From: Candidatus Eiseniibacteriota bacterium | Lineage (GTDB): Bacteria > Eisenbacteria > RBG-16-71-46 | Length of the DNA stretch: 64,000 bases | Assembly (NCBI GenBank): GCA_963717935.1 | Contig: CAVQXP010000002.1 | Span: 160,001-224,000, forward strand | Direction of reading: 5' to 3' | Part shown: positions 53,927 to 64,000 of the stretch, in pieces | Layout: the number at the start of each line of letters is the position of its first letter | Position numbering within the stretch: position 1 is the stretch's first letter | The notes under the pieces: model-generated | Databases searched by the model: none | Told to the model about the DNA's origin: nothing | The model's input: the letters and a program-made list of their open reading frames with translations, nothing else | Program-made: the position numbers and the translations under genes

Positions 53927-55259
53927 ATGGACGTCGTCTGGCTGGCGCGGTTGCAGTTCTCGCTGACCATCATGTTCCACTTCCTGTTCCCGCCCATCAC
54001 CATCGGGCTGGCCCTCCTCGTCTTCCTGCTCGAGACCGCCCGCTGGCGCACGGGCAGGGAGGTCTACCGCCGGGCCTCCGACTTCTGGCTCAACCTCTTC
54101 GCCGTGACCTTTGTGATGGGGGTCGCAACCGGCATCGTCATGGAGTTCGAGTTCGGCACGAACTGGGCGACCTACTCGCGCTTCGTGGGTGACATCTTCG
54201 GTGCCCCGCTGGCGGCCGAGGGGATCTTCGCCTTCTTCCTCGAGTCGGGCTTCCTGGGGCTGCTGATCCTCGGCCGCAGACGCATCTCCTCCTTCGTGCG
54301 CTGGTTCGCGTCGCTGATGGTGGCGCTGGGCACGACGCTCTCGGCCTTCTGGATCATCGTCGCCAACTCGTGGATGCAGACGCCGGCCGGGTTCCGGCTG
54401 GCGAACGGACGGGCGGAGATGACCGACTTCTGGGCCGCGGTCTTCAACCCCTCCACGCTGCCACGCTTCACGCACACCGTCGTGGCGGCCTGGGCCATGG
54501 GAGCCTTCTTCATGGCCGGCATCGCCGCCTGGTACTACCTCAAGGGCCGCGGCTCGGACGTGGCGCGGGTGTCGCTGAAGCTCGGCACGGTGATGGCGGT
54601 CGTCGCCTGCGTGCTCAACTTCGCGACCGGCGATCCCCACGCGAAGCAGGTGGCCCGCACCCAGGAAGTGAAGTTCGCGGCCATGGAGGGGCTCTTCACC
54701 ACGCAGCGCGGGGCGCCGCTCACCCTCCTCTCCCTGCCGCCCACGCAGTCCGGTCGCCGGGCGGGGCCCGAGTTGACGATCCCGGGCTTTGCCTCGTTCC
54801 TGGCCTTCGGCGACTTCCAGGCGCTGGTCAGGGGCCTCAACGACTTCCCGCGCGAGGACTGGCCGCCCGTCGCGATCACCTTCCTCTCGTTCCACAACAT
54901 GGTGATCCTCGGGAGCCTGATGCTGCTGATCGCGCTCCTCGGGCTCGTGCTCCTCTGGCGCGGCCAGCTGGAGCGAGCGCGCTGGTGGCAGCGCCTCGTG
55001 TTCTGGTCCATCCCGCTGCCCATGATCGCCATCCAGCTGGGCTGGGTGACCGCCGAGGTGGGGCGGCAGCCGTGGATCGTCTACGGACTCATGCGCACCA
55101 GGGACGCGGTGTCGAAGGTCGTCGTCGCGCCGCAGATCCTGTTCTCGATCGTGCTCTTCGGCGCCATCTACGCCGTGCTCGGGGCGCTCTGGCTCTACCT
55201 GCTACGCAAGAAGATCATCCACGGGCCGGCGCTGGCCGGGCCCGAGGGGGAGGTGCGCC

Positions 55260-55273
<14 letters not shown>
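53927..55273 (+). CDS. cydA: Cytochrome bd ubiquinol oxidase subunit I (short Q-loop)
   Basis: FHFLFPP, EFEFGTNW, NSWMQTP, KFAAME and AEVGRQPW motifs. Confidence 0.97.
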
Positions 55274-56276
<1,003 letters not shown>

Positions 56277-56455
56277 CCGGGGTGCCCGGTCCCGCCACGA
56301 GGCGGCCCGCCCCCACGGGTGGGCCGCACGGGGGCCGGCCGGGAGGAGCCTGCGACGGGGGCGCATCGCTCCTTCAGGCGTGACCCCGGGCGGCCGATAA
56401 CCCTTCTGATACCGCGTGCCTTGATGGCTCTGGTCATACCGGGAGGGACCCCGTC

Positions 56456-57640
56456 TTGCTGGGTGCCTGGTCGCACAGCATCGTCTTCGTCGTCCTCTTC
56501 TGCATCCTCGTGGATTTCGTCAAGCTCGTCATCGAGCTCCTGGGACGCAGCGAGGAGCGGACGTTCACCAGCGACCCGTCGCTGGTGACGGCGGTCATCG
56601 CCTGCCGCAACGGCGCGGCGCAGCTGCCGGAGACCCTCACGGATCTCGTGAGACAGCTCCCGCCGGAGAACATCCTGGTCGTGGACGACGGCAGCACCGA
56701 CGACACCTCGAAGGTGGCGCAGGCGTTCGGCTGCCAGGTCCACCGCTTCGACAAGTGCAAGGGCAAGGCCTCGGCCATCAACTACGCGGTCTACCGCGTG
56801 ACGACGCCCTACACGCTCATCCTCGACGACGACACGCGCATCGGCGCGACGCGCATCCCCACGTCACTGCTCTCGGAGGACGGCCACGACGCGGTCGCCT
56901 TCCACGTACTGCCCGACCGCCGCGACCGCGGCGGAGCGCACGGCGGCAACTTCCTGGGTCGGCTCCAGCGCTACGAGTACGGCAAGAGCATGGAGATCGG
57001 CCGGCGCTTCCACGACTCGAGCCAGTCGGTGAGCTGCGTGTCGGGTGCGGCGGGCCTGTTCCGAACCGAGGACCTGAACCGCTATCACCACCTGCACACC
57101 AACGTCTTCCAGGGCGAGGACCTGCAGCGCTCGATCATCCACCTGCTGAACGGCGGGCGCATCGTGTTCGCGAACGAGACGGTCTGGACCGTGGCGCCCT
57201 GGACGTGGCGGCAGTGGTTCCGCCAGCGCCTGCTGGGCTGGTATCCGGGCCAGTACCATCAGGTCGTCAACTTCGTGCGCCTGATGGTCATGCGCGGGGT
57301 CTCGTGGCGCGTGCGCTACGAGATGGCCTACAACCTCTACATGGTGGTGAGCGATCCGCTCAAGACCTGGTCCATCGTGGCGATCGTCCTGACTCCGGCC
57401 CTGCGCTGGTGGGGGCCCATCATCTACCTGCTCTACCTGGTCTTCGAGACCTACCCGTGGCTGGTGGTGCGCGTTGCGGGAAGCCGGCAGCGCAGCTCCA
57501 TCTTCGTGCTGCTCCTCTACCCTCTCTACGGCGGGCTCAACACCGTGCTCCGCACGCTGGCGCTGCCGGTCTGGTTCTGGTTCCGCTTCGTCACCGGCAG
57601 CATGCGGCCGCGCCGCGGCCCGAAGGATCGGATCGAATGA
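56456..57640 (+). CDS. Membrane-bound processive GT2 glycosyltransferase
   Basis: TTG start after GGAGGG; DDGSTD, GKA.A.N, DDD, SGAAG, GED and RQRLLGW motifs; N- and C-terminal TM helices. Confidence 0.88.
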   Translation: MLGAWSHSIVFVVLFCILVDFVKLVIELLGRSEERTFTSDPSLVTAVIACRNGAAQLPETLTDLVRQLPPENILVVDDGSTDDTSKVAQAFGCQVHRFDKCKGKASAINYAVYRVTTPYTLILDDDTRIGATRIPTSLLSEDGHDAVAFHVLPDRRDRGGAHGGNFLGRLQRYEYGKSMEIGRRFHDSSQSVSCVSGAAGLFRTEDLNRYHHLHTNVFQGEDLQRSIIHLLNGGRIVFANETVWTVAPWTWRQWFRQRLLGWYPGQYHQVVNFVRLMVMRGVSWRVRYEMAYNLYMVVSDPLKTWSIVAIVLTPALRWWGPIIYLLYLVFETYPWLVVRVAGSRQRSSIFVLLLYPLYGGLNTVLRTLALPVWFWFRFVTGSMRPRRGPKDRIE

Positions 57641-58347
57641 ACCGCACGACGAGGATGCTCGTTGCGCTTGCGCTGGCCACGATGACCCTGAGCGGGGCCG
57701 CCGCCGCGGGCGCGCCGGCCGGGCCGCAGCCCTACGCGGGCGCCCAGTTCCGTTACTGGGCCTTCAACGACGCCAACGACCTGCGCGACCTCCTGGCCTA
57801 CTGGGTGCCGGGGCCGTTCCATGTGCAACTCGAGGTCTGGGACTTCGTGCGCGGCGACGACCAGTTCCGCCCGGAGATCGGGCTGCACCTGCGCGACGCG
57901 CGCCGCTCGGGCTACACGCTCCAGTGGCGACACGAGCGCGACGCCGAGCGCTACTGGCTGAGCACGGACCAGGTGCTCTCCCGCCATTTCGTCGGACGAG
58001 CCGGGGTGAGCCCCATCGTGACACACGCGGGCCGCACGGACTGGGTGTACGAGGGCGGGCTCGACTACTACTGGGCCGACTACGACTTCGCCTCGGCCAC
58101 CGTCATCCGCGATCCGCGCGGTGGAGGGCTGTGGGTAGTGCCGGTGCGGCTGAGGCTCGCCAACTGGCGGAACGACTGGCTGCAGGCCACGGTCGCCCCG
58201 ACCAGCCGGCGCACGCTCGGCTGGGCGCTGGACGCCAAGTTCCGCTGGCTGCGGCTCGGGGTCGAGCGCAACAACCGCTACGACTTCACCGACGCGGACA
58301 ACGTGATCTGGACGGCCGGCGTCGAGGCGCCCTTCCCGGCGCGGTAG
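57637..58347 (+). CDS. Putative outer-membrane beta-barrel protein
   Basis: ATGA overlap with the GT2; signal peptide; short amphipathic strands rich in W/Y; ends WTAGVEAPFPAR. Confidence 0.7.
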   Translation: MNRTTRMLVALALATMTLSGAAAAGAPAGPQPYAGAQFRYWAFNDANDLRDLLAYWVPGPFHVQLEVWDFVRGDDQFRPEIGLHLRDARRSGYTLQWRHERDAERYWLSTDQVLSRHFVGRAGVSPIVTHAGRTDWVYEGGLDYYWADYDFASATVIRDPRGGGLWVVPVRLRLANWRNDWLQATVAPTSRRTLGWALDAKFRWLRLGVERNNRYDFTDADNVIWTAGVEAPFPAR

Positions 58348-58368
58348 CGTCCCGGCCACCCCGTCGCG

Positions 58369-58409
58369 GCGAAGTCGCCCGCGCCTTGCGCGCGGGCGAC
58401 TTCGTTTGT
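58369..58409 (+). terminator. Putative intrinsic terminator
   Basis: CGAAGTCGCCCGCGC/GCGCGGGCGACTTCG stem followed by TTTGT. Confidence 0.7.
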
Positions 58410-58502
58410 GCCCGGGTCCGCCCCGGCTCCCCTCGCCGCCGCCCGCTCCCGCCAGGGGGGACGGGCGAAGCCCTTCACGGGCCGTGCTATGCTCGCGCGC
58501 CG

Positions 58503-59606
58503 ATGATCCGACCACGCCTTGAGCACCTCGCCTGGAGCAAGGCCCAGCACGGGCACTGGCGCCTGAGTCTTGCCGACAGCGCCGTGGCCGCGCCCGACCT
58601 CGAGTCGCTGGGCCTGCCGCACCAGGCGGGCACACCCGCACCCGGGAGCGTGCTGCCCGGACTCGAGCGGGCGCTCGGCGCGCGGCTGGACGCCCCGGGG
58701 GGCCGGGTGCTCGTGACCGCGGGGGCGAGCGAGGCGAACGCCTGCGCTCTGGCCGGGCTGCTCGAGGCAGGGGAGGAAGCCCTGGTCGAGTCCCCGGGCT
58801 ACGAGCCGCACCGTGCGGTGCCGCCCTTCTTCGGCGCGAGCGTGCGCACGTTCGCGCGCCGCCGCGAACACGGCTACGGCCGCGTGAGCGAGGCGGTCGA
58901 GACCGCGCTCACGCCCGCGACCCGTCTCGTCCTGCTCACCGACCTGCACAACCCGGGCGGCGTGCCGCTCGAGCCCGCGGACGCGGCGGCCCTCACCGCA
59001 CTCGCGGAACGCCGTGGCCTGTGGCTGCTCTGCGACGAGACCTTTCGCGACGCCTCGGAGCGGCCGGTGGGCACGTTGAGCGCGCTCTCGGACCGCTGGG
59101 TCACGACCTCGACGTTGACCAAGGCCTACGGGCTCGGGAGCCTGCGCGTGGGCTGGGTGTCGGGCAGTGCCGCGGCGCTGGCGCGCTGCGCCGAGGCCCA
59201 GAACGCCCTTTCGGTCGAGCCCGCCGGGCCGTCGCTGGCACTGGCACTCGCCCTGGCGCCGCACCTCGATTCCCTGAGGGCTCGAGCGCGGGCGGGTCTG
59301 GCCGCGAACCACGCGCGCTGGCGGCGCCTCGTCGCGGACGGCCTGCCGTGCGATGCGAGCGTGCCCTCGCAGGGCACCACGACCTTTGTCCACCTCCCGG
59401 GCCCCGCCGGCGGAGACGCGTTCGCCGCGTTCGCGGCCGAGCGCTTCGAGCTGCTGGTGGTGCCGGGACGCTTCTTCGGAGAGCCGCGGGGCGTGCGCAT
59501 CGCCCTGGGCGGGGAGCCCGCCCGTTGCGCCGCCGCGCTCGACACGTTCCAGACCGCCGTCCGCGCCTTCTGCGAGGAGCGCGCGGCGGCAGCGGAGCCC
59601 GCATGA
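58503..59606 (+). CDS. PLP-dependent aminotransferase class I/II
   Basis: VTAGASEA, HNPGG, DETF and TLTKAYGLGSLRVGW motifs. Confidence 0.9.
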   Translation: MIRPRLEHLAWSKAQHGHWRLSLADSAVAAPDLESLGLPHQAGTPAPGSVLPGLERALGARLDAPGGRVLVTAGASEANACALAGLLEAGEEALVESPGYEPHRAVPPFFGASVRTFARRREHGYGRVSEAVETALTPATRLVLLTDLHNPGGVPLEPADAAALTALAERRGLWLLCDETFRDASERPVGTLSALSDRWVTTSTLTKAYGLGSLRVGWVSGSAAALARCAEAQNALSVEPAGPSLALALALAPHLDSLRARARAGLAANHARWRRLVADGLPCDASVPSQGTTTFVHLPGPAGGDAFAAFAAERFELLVVPGRFFGEPRGVRIALGGEPARCAAALDTFQTAVRAFCEERAAAAEPA

Positions 59607-60064
59607 CCGACGAATCGATCCTCGAACGCATCCAGCTGGAGATGACCGCCGCGATGAAGTCGCGGGACGCCGACACCCTGAGCACGCTGCGCATGCTGAA
59701 GGCGGCGCTCATGGAGGCCAGGACCAAGAAGGCGAAGGATGCCGCGTTCACCCGCGACGAGGAGATCGAGGTGCTCCAGCGCTACGCCAAGAAGCGCCGC
59801 GAGACCATCGAGGAACTGCAGAAGATCGGGCGCGCGGACCTGGTCGCGAGCGAAGAGCGGGAGATCGCCGTCACGCAGCGCTACCTGCCGGAGATGCTCT
59901 CGGAGGACGAGGTGCGAGCGGTGGTGCTCGAGGCGGTGGCGAAGACCGGAGCGGCGAGCCCCAGGGACATGGGGAAGGTGATGGGCGTGGTCATGGCGCA
60001 GGTGAAGGGCCGGACCGACGGCGCGACCGTCTCGCGCCTGGTCAAGGAGTCGCTGGGGGGCTGA
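59603..60064 (+). CDS. GatB/YqeY domain protein
   Basis: AMKSRD, KKRRE, YLPEMLSE and DMGKVMG motifs. Confidence 0.94.
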   Translation: MTDESILERIQLEMTAAMKSRDADTLSTLRMLKAALMEARTKKAKDAAFTRDEEIEVLQRYAKKRRETIEELQKIGRADLVASEEREIAVTQRYLPEMLSEDEVRAVVLEAVAKTGAASPRDMGKVMGVVMAQVKGRTDGATVSRLVKESLGG

Positions 60065-60857
60065 GCGGCCCGCCCTGCGTGTCGCCCGGTGCGGCGGTGG
60101 AGTCCGGCGGTGGCGTGGGTGGCCGCAGACCCAGGGCCTGGCCGTGCTGGGTCTCGTCGAGGGCGCCACGCCGGCGCATGCGCGAGGCGATCATGCGCAC
60201 GCGGCGCTCGATGCGTCGCGGCGGATCGAGCACCGAGTAGCGGTGCGGGTTGATGATGACCGCCGCCAGCAGCAGCGCCTGCCGCGGGGAGAGGTCCATG
60301 GCGGAGACCCCGAAGTAGCGCCGCGCCGCGGCCTCGGCCCCGAAGACCCCGTCACCCCACTCGATCAGGTTGAGATAGAGCTCGAAGATGCGGCGCTTGG
60401 AGAGGGTGCGCTCCATGCGCAGCGCCAGGAACACCTCGGTGAGCTTGCGCGTGACGGTGCGCTGGTCCCCCAGGAAGAGGTTCTTCGCGAGTTGCTGCGT
60501 GATCGTGCTGCCGCCGCGCACCACGCGGCGCTCCTCGAGGTCGCGGCGTGCCGCCGCCCTGAGCTCGCTCCAGTCCAGCCCGCCGTGCTGGTAGAAGGCG
60601 TCGTCCTCGGCGGTGAGCACGGCGCGCCGCAGGAGCGGAGAGATGTGGTCATAGGGCACCCAGGTTTGCCGCATGCGCCAGGGCCGACCCCGGCGCGCCG
60701 CCGCGGCTTCGCGCTCGAGCATGAGCGCGGTGCGCCGGGGGACGGCGCGCGTCAGGCGCGCCACGTCGTAAAGCCCGGCGCGCGCGGCCGAGAGGGCGAC
60801 GAGGGCGGCGCAGGCGCCGAGCAGCAGGGCCGCAAGCAGCAGCAGCGCGCGTTTCAC
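60042..60857 (-). CDS. mtgA: Monofunctional peptidoglycan transglycosylase
   Basis: AEDDAFYQH, GGSTITQQLAKNLFL, SKRRIFELYLN and FGAEAAARRYF motifs. Confidence 0.93.
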   Translation of the reverse strand: MKRALLLLAALLLGACAALVALSAARAGLYDVARLTRAVPRRTALMLEREAAAARRGRPWRMRQTWVPYDHISPLLRRAVLTAEDDAFYQHGGLDWSELRAAARRDLEERRVVRGGSTITQQLAKNLFLGDQRTVTRKLTEVFLALRMERTLSKRRIFELYLNLIEWGDGVFGAEAAARRYFGVSAMDLSPRQALLLAAVIINPHRYSVLDPPRRIERRVRMIASRMRRRGALDETQHGQALGLRPPTPPPDSTAAPGDTQGGPLSPPATP

Positions 60858-61139
60858 GCGAAGTTTCGCAGCCGATCGGATTCCAGTTCGTCCGGTGCGC
60901 CCGAGGGGATCATGGCGGCTCCAGGAGGGAGAGGCTCGGAGCCCGAGTCTAGACAGGCGGTAGCGGCGAGACAAGCCCGACGTGGAGTGCGCAGGCGAGC
61001 CTCCGGATCGGCCGGGTCACATCGGGTCTTGCCTGCCGTGGCAATCGGTTCCTATACTGCCGCCCGTATCGCACCTTCACGACCCGGGCCGGGTGAGCCC
61101 GGCCTTCGTCCTCCCCGGAGCCGCGAGGAGTCCACCAGC

Positions 61140-61934
61140 ATGATCGATGCCGCGGCCTGTCCCGACCTCCTCCTCGAGGCACGCGGCCCGGTGACCGTGC
61201 TCAAGGTGAACCGCCCCGACCGGCTGAACGCGCTGAGCCGCGACACGCTGGGGCAGATCGGTCGGGCGGTGCGCGCGTTCGCCGCCGACCCGGCGCAGGG
61301 TGCCCTGGTCGTGACGGGAGCGGGGGAGAAGAGCTTCGTCGCGGGCGCCGACATCGCGGAACTGGCGGCCCTGGGCCCGGCCGAGGCGGAGGAGTACTCG
61401 CGCTCCGGCCAGTCCGTGATGGACCTGATCGAGCGCTCGGCGAAACCCGTGATCGCGGCCATCAACGGCTACGCCCTGGGCGGTGGCTGCGAGCTGGCGC
61501 TGGCCTGCCATCTCCGGATCGCCGCGGAGAACGCGGTGCTGGGACTGCCCGAGGTGGAGCTGGGCGTCATTCCCGGCTATGGCGGCACCCAGCGGCTGCC
61601 GCGGAACGTGGGGCTGGGGCGGGCGATCGAGTTGGTCGTGACCGGGCGCCGCGTCCGGGCGGACGAGGCGCTGGCGCTGGGCCTCGTGAGCCGCGTGGTT
61701 CCGCAGTCCGCGCTGCTCGCGGAGGCGGAATCGCTTGCGCTCGCGATCCTCAGGAATGGGCCGCTCGCCGTGGCGGCGGCACTCGAGGCGATGCGCGACG
61801 GCATGCAGTTGCCGCTCGACGCGGGGCTGCGTCTCGAGAGCGAGAAGTTCGGCCGCCTGGCGGCCAGCGAAGACATGCACGAGGGACTCCGGGCCTTCGT
61901 CGACAAGCGTCCGGCGGACTTCCAGGGGAGGTGA
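61140..61934 (+). CDS. Enoyl-CoA hydratase/crotonase
   Basis: NRPDRLNAL, FVAGADI, GGGCELA and PEVELGVIPGYGGTQRL motifs; TTGCCT-N18-TATACT promoter at 61029-58. Confidence 0.94.
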   Translation: MIDAAACPDLLLEARGPVTVLKVNRPDRLNALSRDTLGQIGRAVRAFAADPAQGALVVTGAGEKSFVAGADIAELAALGPAEAEEYSRSGQSVMDLIERSAKPVIAAINGYALGGGCELALACHLRIAAENAVLGLPEVELGVIPGYGGTQRLPRNVGLGRAIELVVTGRRVRADEALALGLVSRVVPQSALLAEAESLALAILRNGPLAVAAALEAMRDGMQLPLDAGLRLESEKFGRLAASEDMHEGLRAFVDKRPADFQGR

Positions 61935-61935
61935 C

Positions 61936-62388
61936 GTGGATTCGACCCAGATGCACGACCTGCTCGCCATGCTGCTCTCGACCGTGCTCGGCACCCTTGT
62001 CGGCTGGGAGCGGCAGATGGGACGCAAGCCGGCGGGTCTGCGCACACACGTACTGGTCTGTCTCGGCTCGACCATGTTCGTGCTGATGGCGCCGCACGCG
62101 ATGCGCAGCTTCGGCATGAACCAGTTCGACCCCACGCGCATCGTGCACGGGGTCATCACCGGCGTGGGTTTCCTGGGCGCGGGCAGCATCATGCGCCAGG
62201 AGGGCTACGTGGCCGGCCTCACCACCGCGGCGAGCATCTGGATCGTGGCGGCCATCGGCACGGCCGTCGGCGTGCATGCCTACATGCTGGCCGTCTTCGG
62301 CACGGTGCTCACGCTGGTCGTGCTCGAGTGGTACCGCTGGATCGAGCGCTGGCTCTCGCCCCACAGCGAGAACTCGGGCGACAACTGA
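61936..62388 (+). CDS. MgtC/SapB-family membrane protein
   Basis: GWER, AGLRTH, DPTRI, GVGFLGAG and GLTTAASIW motifs. Confidence 0.93.
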   Translation: MDSTQMHDLLAMLLSTVLGTLVGWERQMGRKPAGLRTHVLVCLGSTMFVLMAPHAMRSFGMNQFDPTRIVHGVITGVGFLGAGSIMRQEGYVAGLTTAASIWIVAAIGTAVGVHAYMLAVFGTVLTLVVLEWYRWIERWLSPHSENSGDN

Positions 62389-62434
62389 GTCCAGAGGGCC
62401 AGCCCCTCCCGGTGCCGGGCGAGCGGCGCAGTTC

Positions 62435-63586
62435 CTACTGCCCGGTGGTGACGGTGACGGTCGTCCAGCTGCGCGCGGGCTGACCGAACCGCTCGGCGGG
62501 GACGAAGCGCCAGCCCGGCAGCGACTGGAGCAGCACCGCGACGAGCGGCGCCGGCAGGTCGTCGGACGGGACCCAGGGCAACTCGCACAGCACCGCCTGG
62601 CCGCGCTCGTCCACCAGGACGGGCAGGATGATGCGCAGGGGCTTGATCTCCACCAGGACGGAATCGGGCACCGGGACCATGGTGCGCCGAAGCACCACGG
62701 CGTTCCGGTCGAGCGGCAGGGCCGATTCGAGCTTCGGCCCGGTGGGCGAGGCCAGCAGGCCCGCTTCGCGTCCGCCGGTGAGGAACACGCCGGGCAGCGA
62801 GTCGGGCGTGGCGCCGGGGAAGAAACGCAGGCGCCGCCGCGCACGCACGGCGGGCTCGTAGAGCGAGTCGAGCGCGGCGGCGGTGGCGAAGCGCTGGAGC
62901 GCATCGCCGCGGTGGCCCGCCTGCCACTCGAAGAGCCCGACGAGATACTGCGCCTCGGGGAGCATGGGGTCGAGGTACGCTGCCAGCCGCGCCTGGCGCT
63001 CCGCGCCGGGGAGGTCGCCCGCGCGGCCGGAGCACACGGCCACCACGAGCCACTCCCGGCCGGCGAGCGGCCGCTCCGTCACGCCCAGGCGCGCGGCGGC
63101 GCGGGCCTCCTCCCAGCGGCCGAGCCGGGCGTCCACCTCGGCCCGCGCCCGCGCGATGGTCCAGCGCCAGCCGTCGTACACGCCGTTCATCCACAGCGCG
63201 TCAAGGTTGGGGCCGTACGGGCGGCGCCGTGCCGGCGGGCAGGAATCGGCGAGGGCCGTGCTCAGCAGCGGGCCGTGCAGGAGGACGCGCGCGGAGTCGG
63301 GCAGACCCGCACGCGCCAGGTCCAGCGCGAGCGCGAACTCCAGATCCGCATCGGGCTCCACCTGTGCGCGCAGGCCGCGCAGCGCCACCACCGCCGAGTC
63401 GTACTCGCCAAGGTCCTCGAACTGCCTCGCCAGCCGGGCTCGCTCGATCAGAGGGCCCGGCTGGACGGCGGGCACGGTCACTGGAGCGAGTGCCGAGGGC
63501 GCGCTCGGAAGCTGTGCGGCGAACGCCGCGGGGACGAAGGCCTGCACCGCCAGAGCGACGAGCACGGCCCTCGTCCTCCACCGCAT
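62435..63586 (-). CDS. Secreted TPR-like protein with a C-terminal TonB-C-like domain
   Basis: Signal peptide; TPR-like helices; C-terminal VLVDERG...WRFVPA..FGQP. Confidence 0.7.
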   Translation of the reverse strand: MRWRTRAVLVALAVQAFVPAAFAAQLPSAPSALAPVTVPAVQPGPLIERARLARQFEDLGEYDSAVVALRGLRAQVEPDADLEFALALDLARAGLPDSARVLLHGPLLSTALADSCPPARRRPYGPNLDALWMNGVYDGWRWTIARARAEVDARLGRWEEARAAARLGVTERPLAGREWLVVAVCSGRAGDLPGAERQARLAAYLDPMLPEAQYLVGLFEWQAGHRGDALQRFATAAALDSLYEPAVRARRRLRFFPGATPDSLPGVFLTGGREAGLLASPTGPKLESALPLDRNAVVLRRTMVPVPDSVLVEIKPLRIILPVLVDERGQAVLCELPWVPSDDLPAPLVAVLLQSLPGWRFVPAERFGQPARSWTTVTVTTGQ

Positions 63587-63999
63587 CACGGCCGGCCTCG
63601 CGACTCGCGGGTCTCGTCCAGGGAATCCAGCACCGCGCGGATCTCGGTCTCGGTGAGCACGCGGTCCACGCTCCGCGCGCGCTGGACCAGCGCCTGAGCG
63701 CGCTCGGGCGAGGGCTCGAGGCCGCGGCTCTGGAGCCACCAGACCGCGTTGCCCGCGCCGCTCAGGGGGCCGATCTCGATCTCCAGACGGCGCCCGACGA
63801 GGGCCGCCGGCACGCCGGAATAGGCCCGCTCCGCGATCACCTCCCGCCCATCGCGCACGGCCTTGAGCATCGCGGCCGTATGCACGCCGCTGCCGCTGCG
63901 GAAGCTGTCGCGGCCCGCGACGGGGTAGCCGGGCGGGATCGGCACGCCCGTCGCCGCGCTCACCTCCCGGCAGTACTCGTCGAGCGCGGTGAGATCGTT
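63586..63999 (-). CDS. LeuA/2-isopropylmalate synthase-family protein (3' part; gene runs off the window)
   Basis: YPVAGRDSF..GSGVH, YSGVPA..VG and IGPLSG.GN motifs. Confidence 0.8.
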   Translation of the reverse strand, partial: NDLTALDEYCREVSAATGVPIPPGYPVAGRDSFRSGSGVHTAAMLKAVRDGREVIAERAYSGVPAALVGRRLEIEIGPLSGAGNAVWWLQSRGLEPSPERAQALVQRARSVDRVLTETEIRAVLDSLDETRESRGRP

Positions 64000-64000
64000 C

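Overview
A very GC-rich bacterial chromosome segment, mostly housekeeping. A T9SS-type C-terminal sorting-domain fragment and the 16S CCCGTCAAGCCA signature suggest an FCB-related lineage, possibly Ca. Eisenbacteria-like (inference only). In order: end of the nuo operon (nuoL'MN); moeA-moaC; membrane protein, sensor-less sigma54 activator, AlaX and a secreted protein; a degenerate 'EEAD' DEAD-box helicase; mutM; a lower-GC islet (IS481 remnant, tandem RusA-like protein, DUF6933-like protein); a peptidoglycan-recycling cluster (murQ, sugar-binding lipoprotein, anmK, SpoIID); tRNA-Asp followed by an IS3, a T9SS-CTD remnant and an IS481 remnant; a 60% acidic mini-protein, speB and an RlmI-like methyltransferase; DUF1844-mazG; alr-deoB-cdd-deoC-pdp; PBP1A; tyrS; a full rRNA operon (16S-Ile-Ala-23S-5S); a putative sigma54-driven envelope operon ending in sppA; EF-G paralog-yebC-ruvCAB-queA; cydAB; a GT2 synthase plus OM barrel; aminotransferase-yqeY; mtgA; crotonase-mgtC; a TPR/TonB-C protein; and a partial LeuA-family gene. 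About nine single-base frameshifts, some in essential genes, look like assembly errors. Best leads: (1) DeoC with a microcompartment encapsulation-peptide-like N-terminus in a shell-less nucleoside operon; (2) a fused RusA pseudo-dimer with complementary catalytic residues in an IS-adjacent islet; (3) the EEAD helicase; (4) the two-gene GT2 plus barrel unit. All family assignments come from motif recognition by eye, not database searches.
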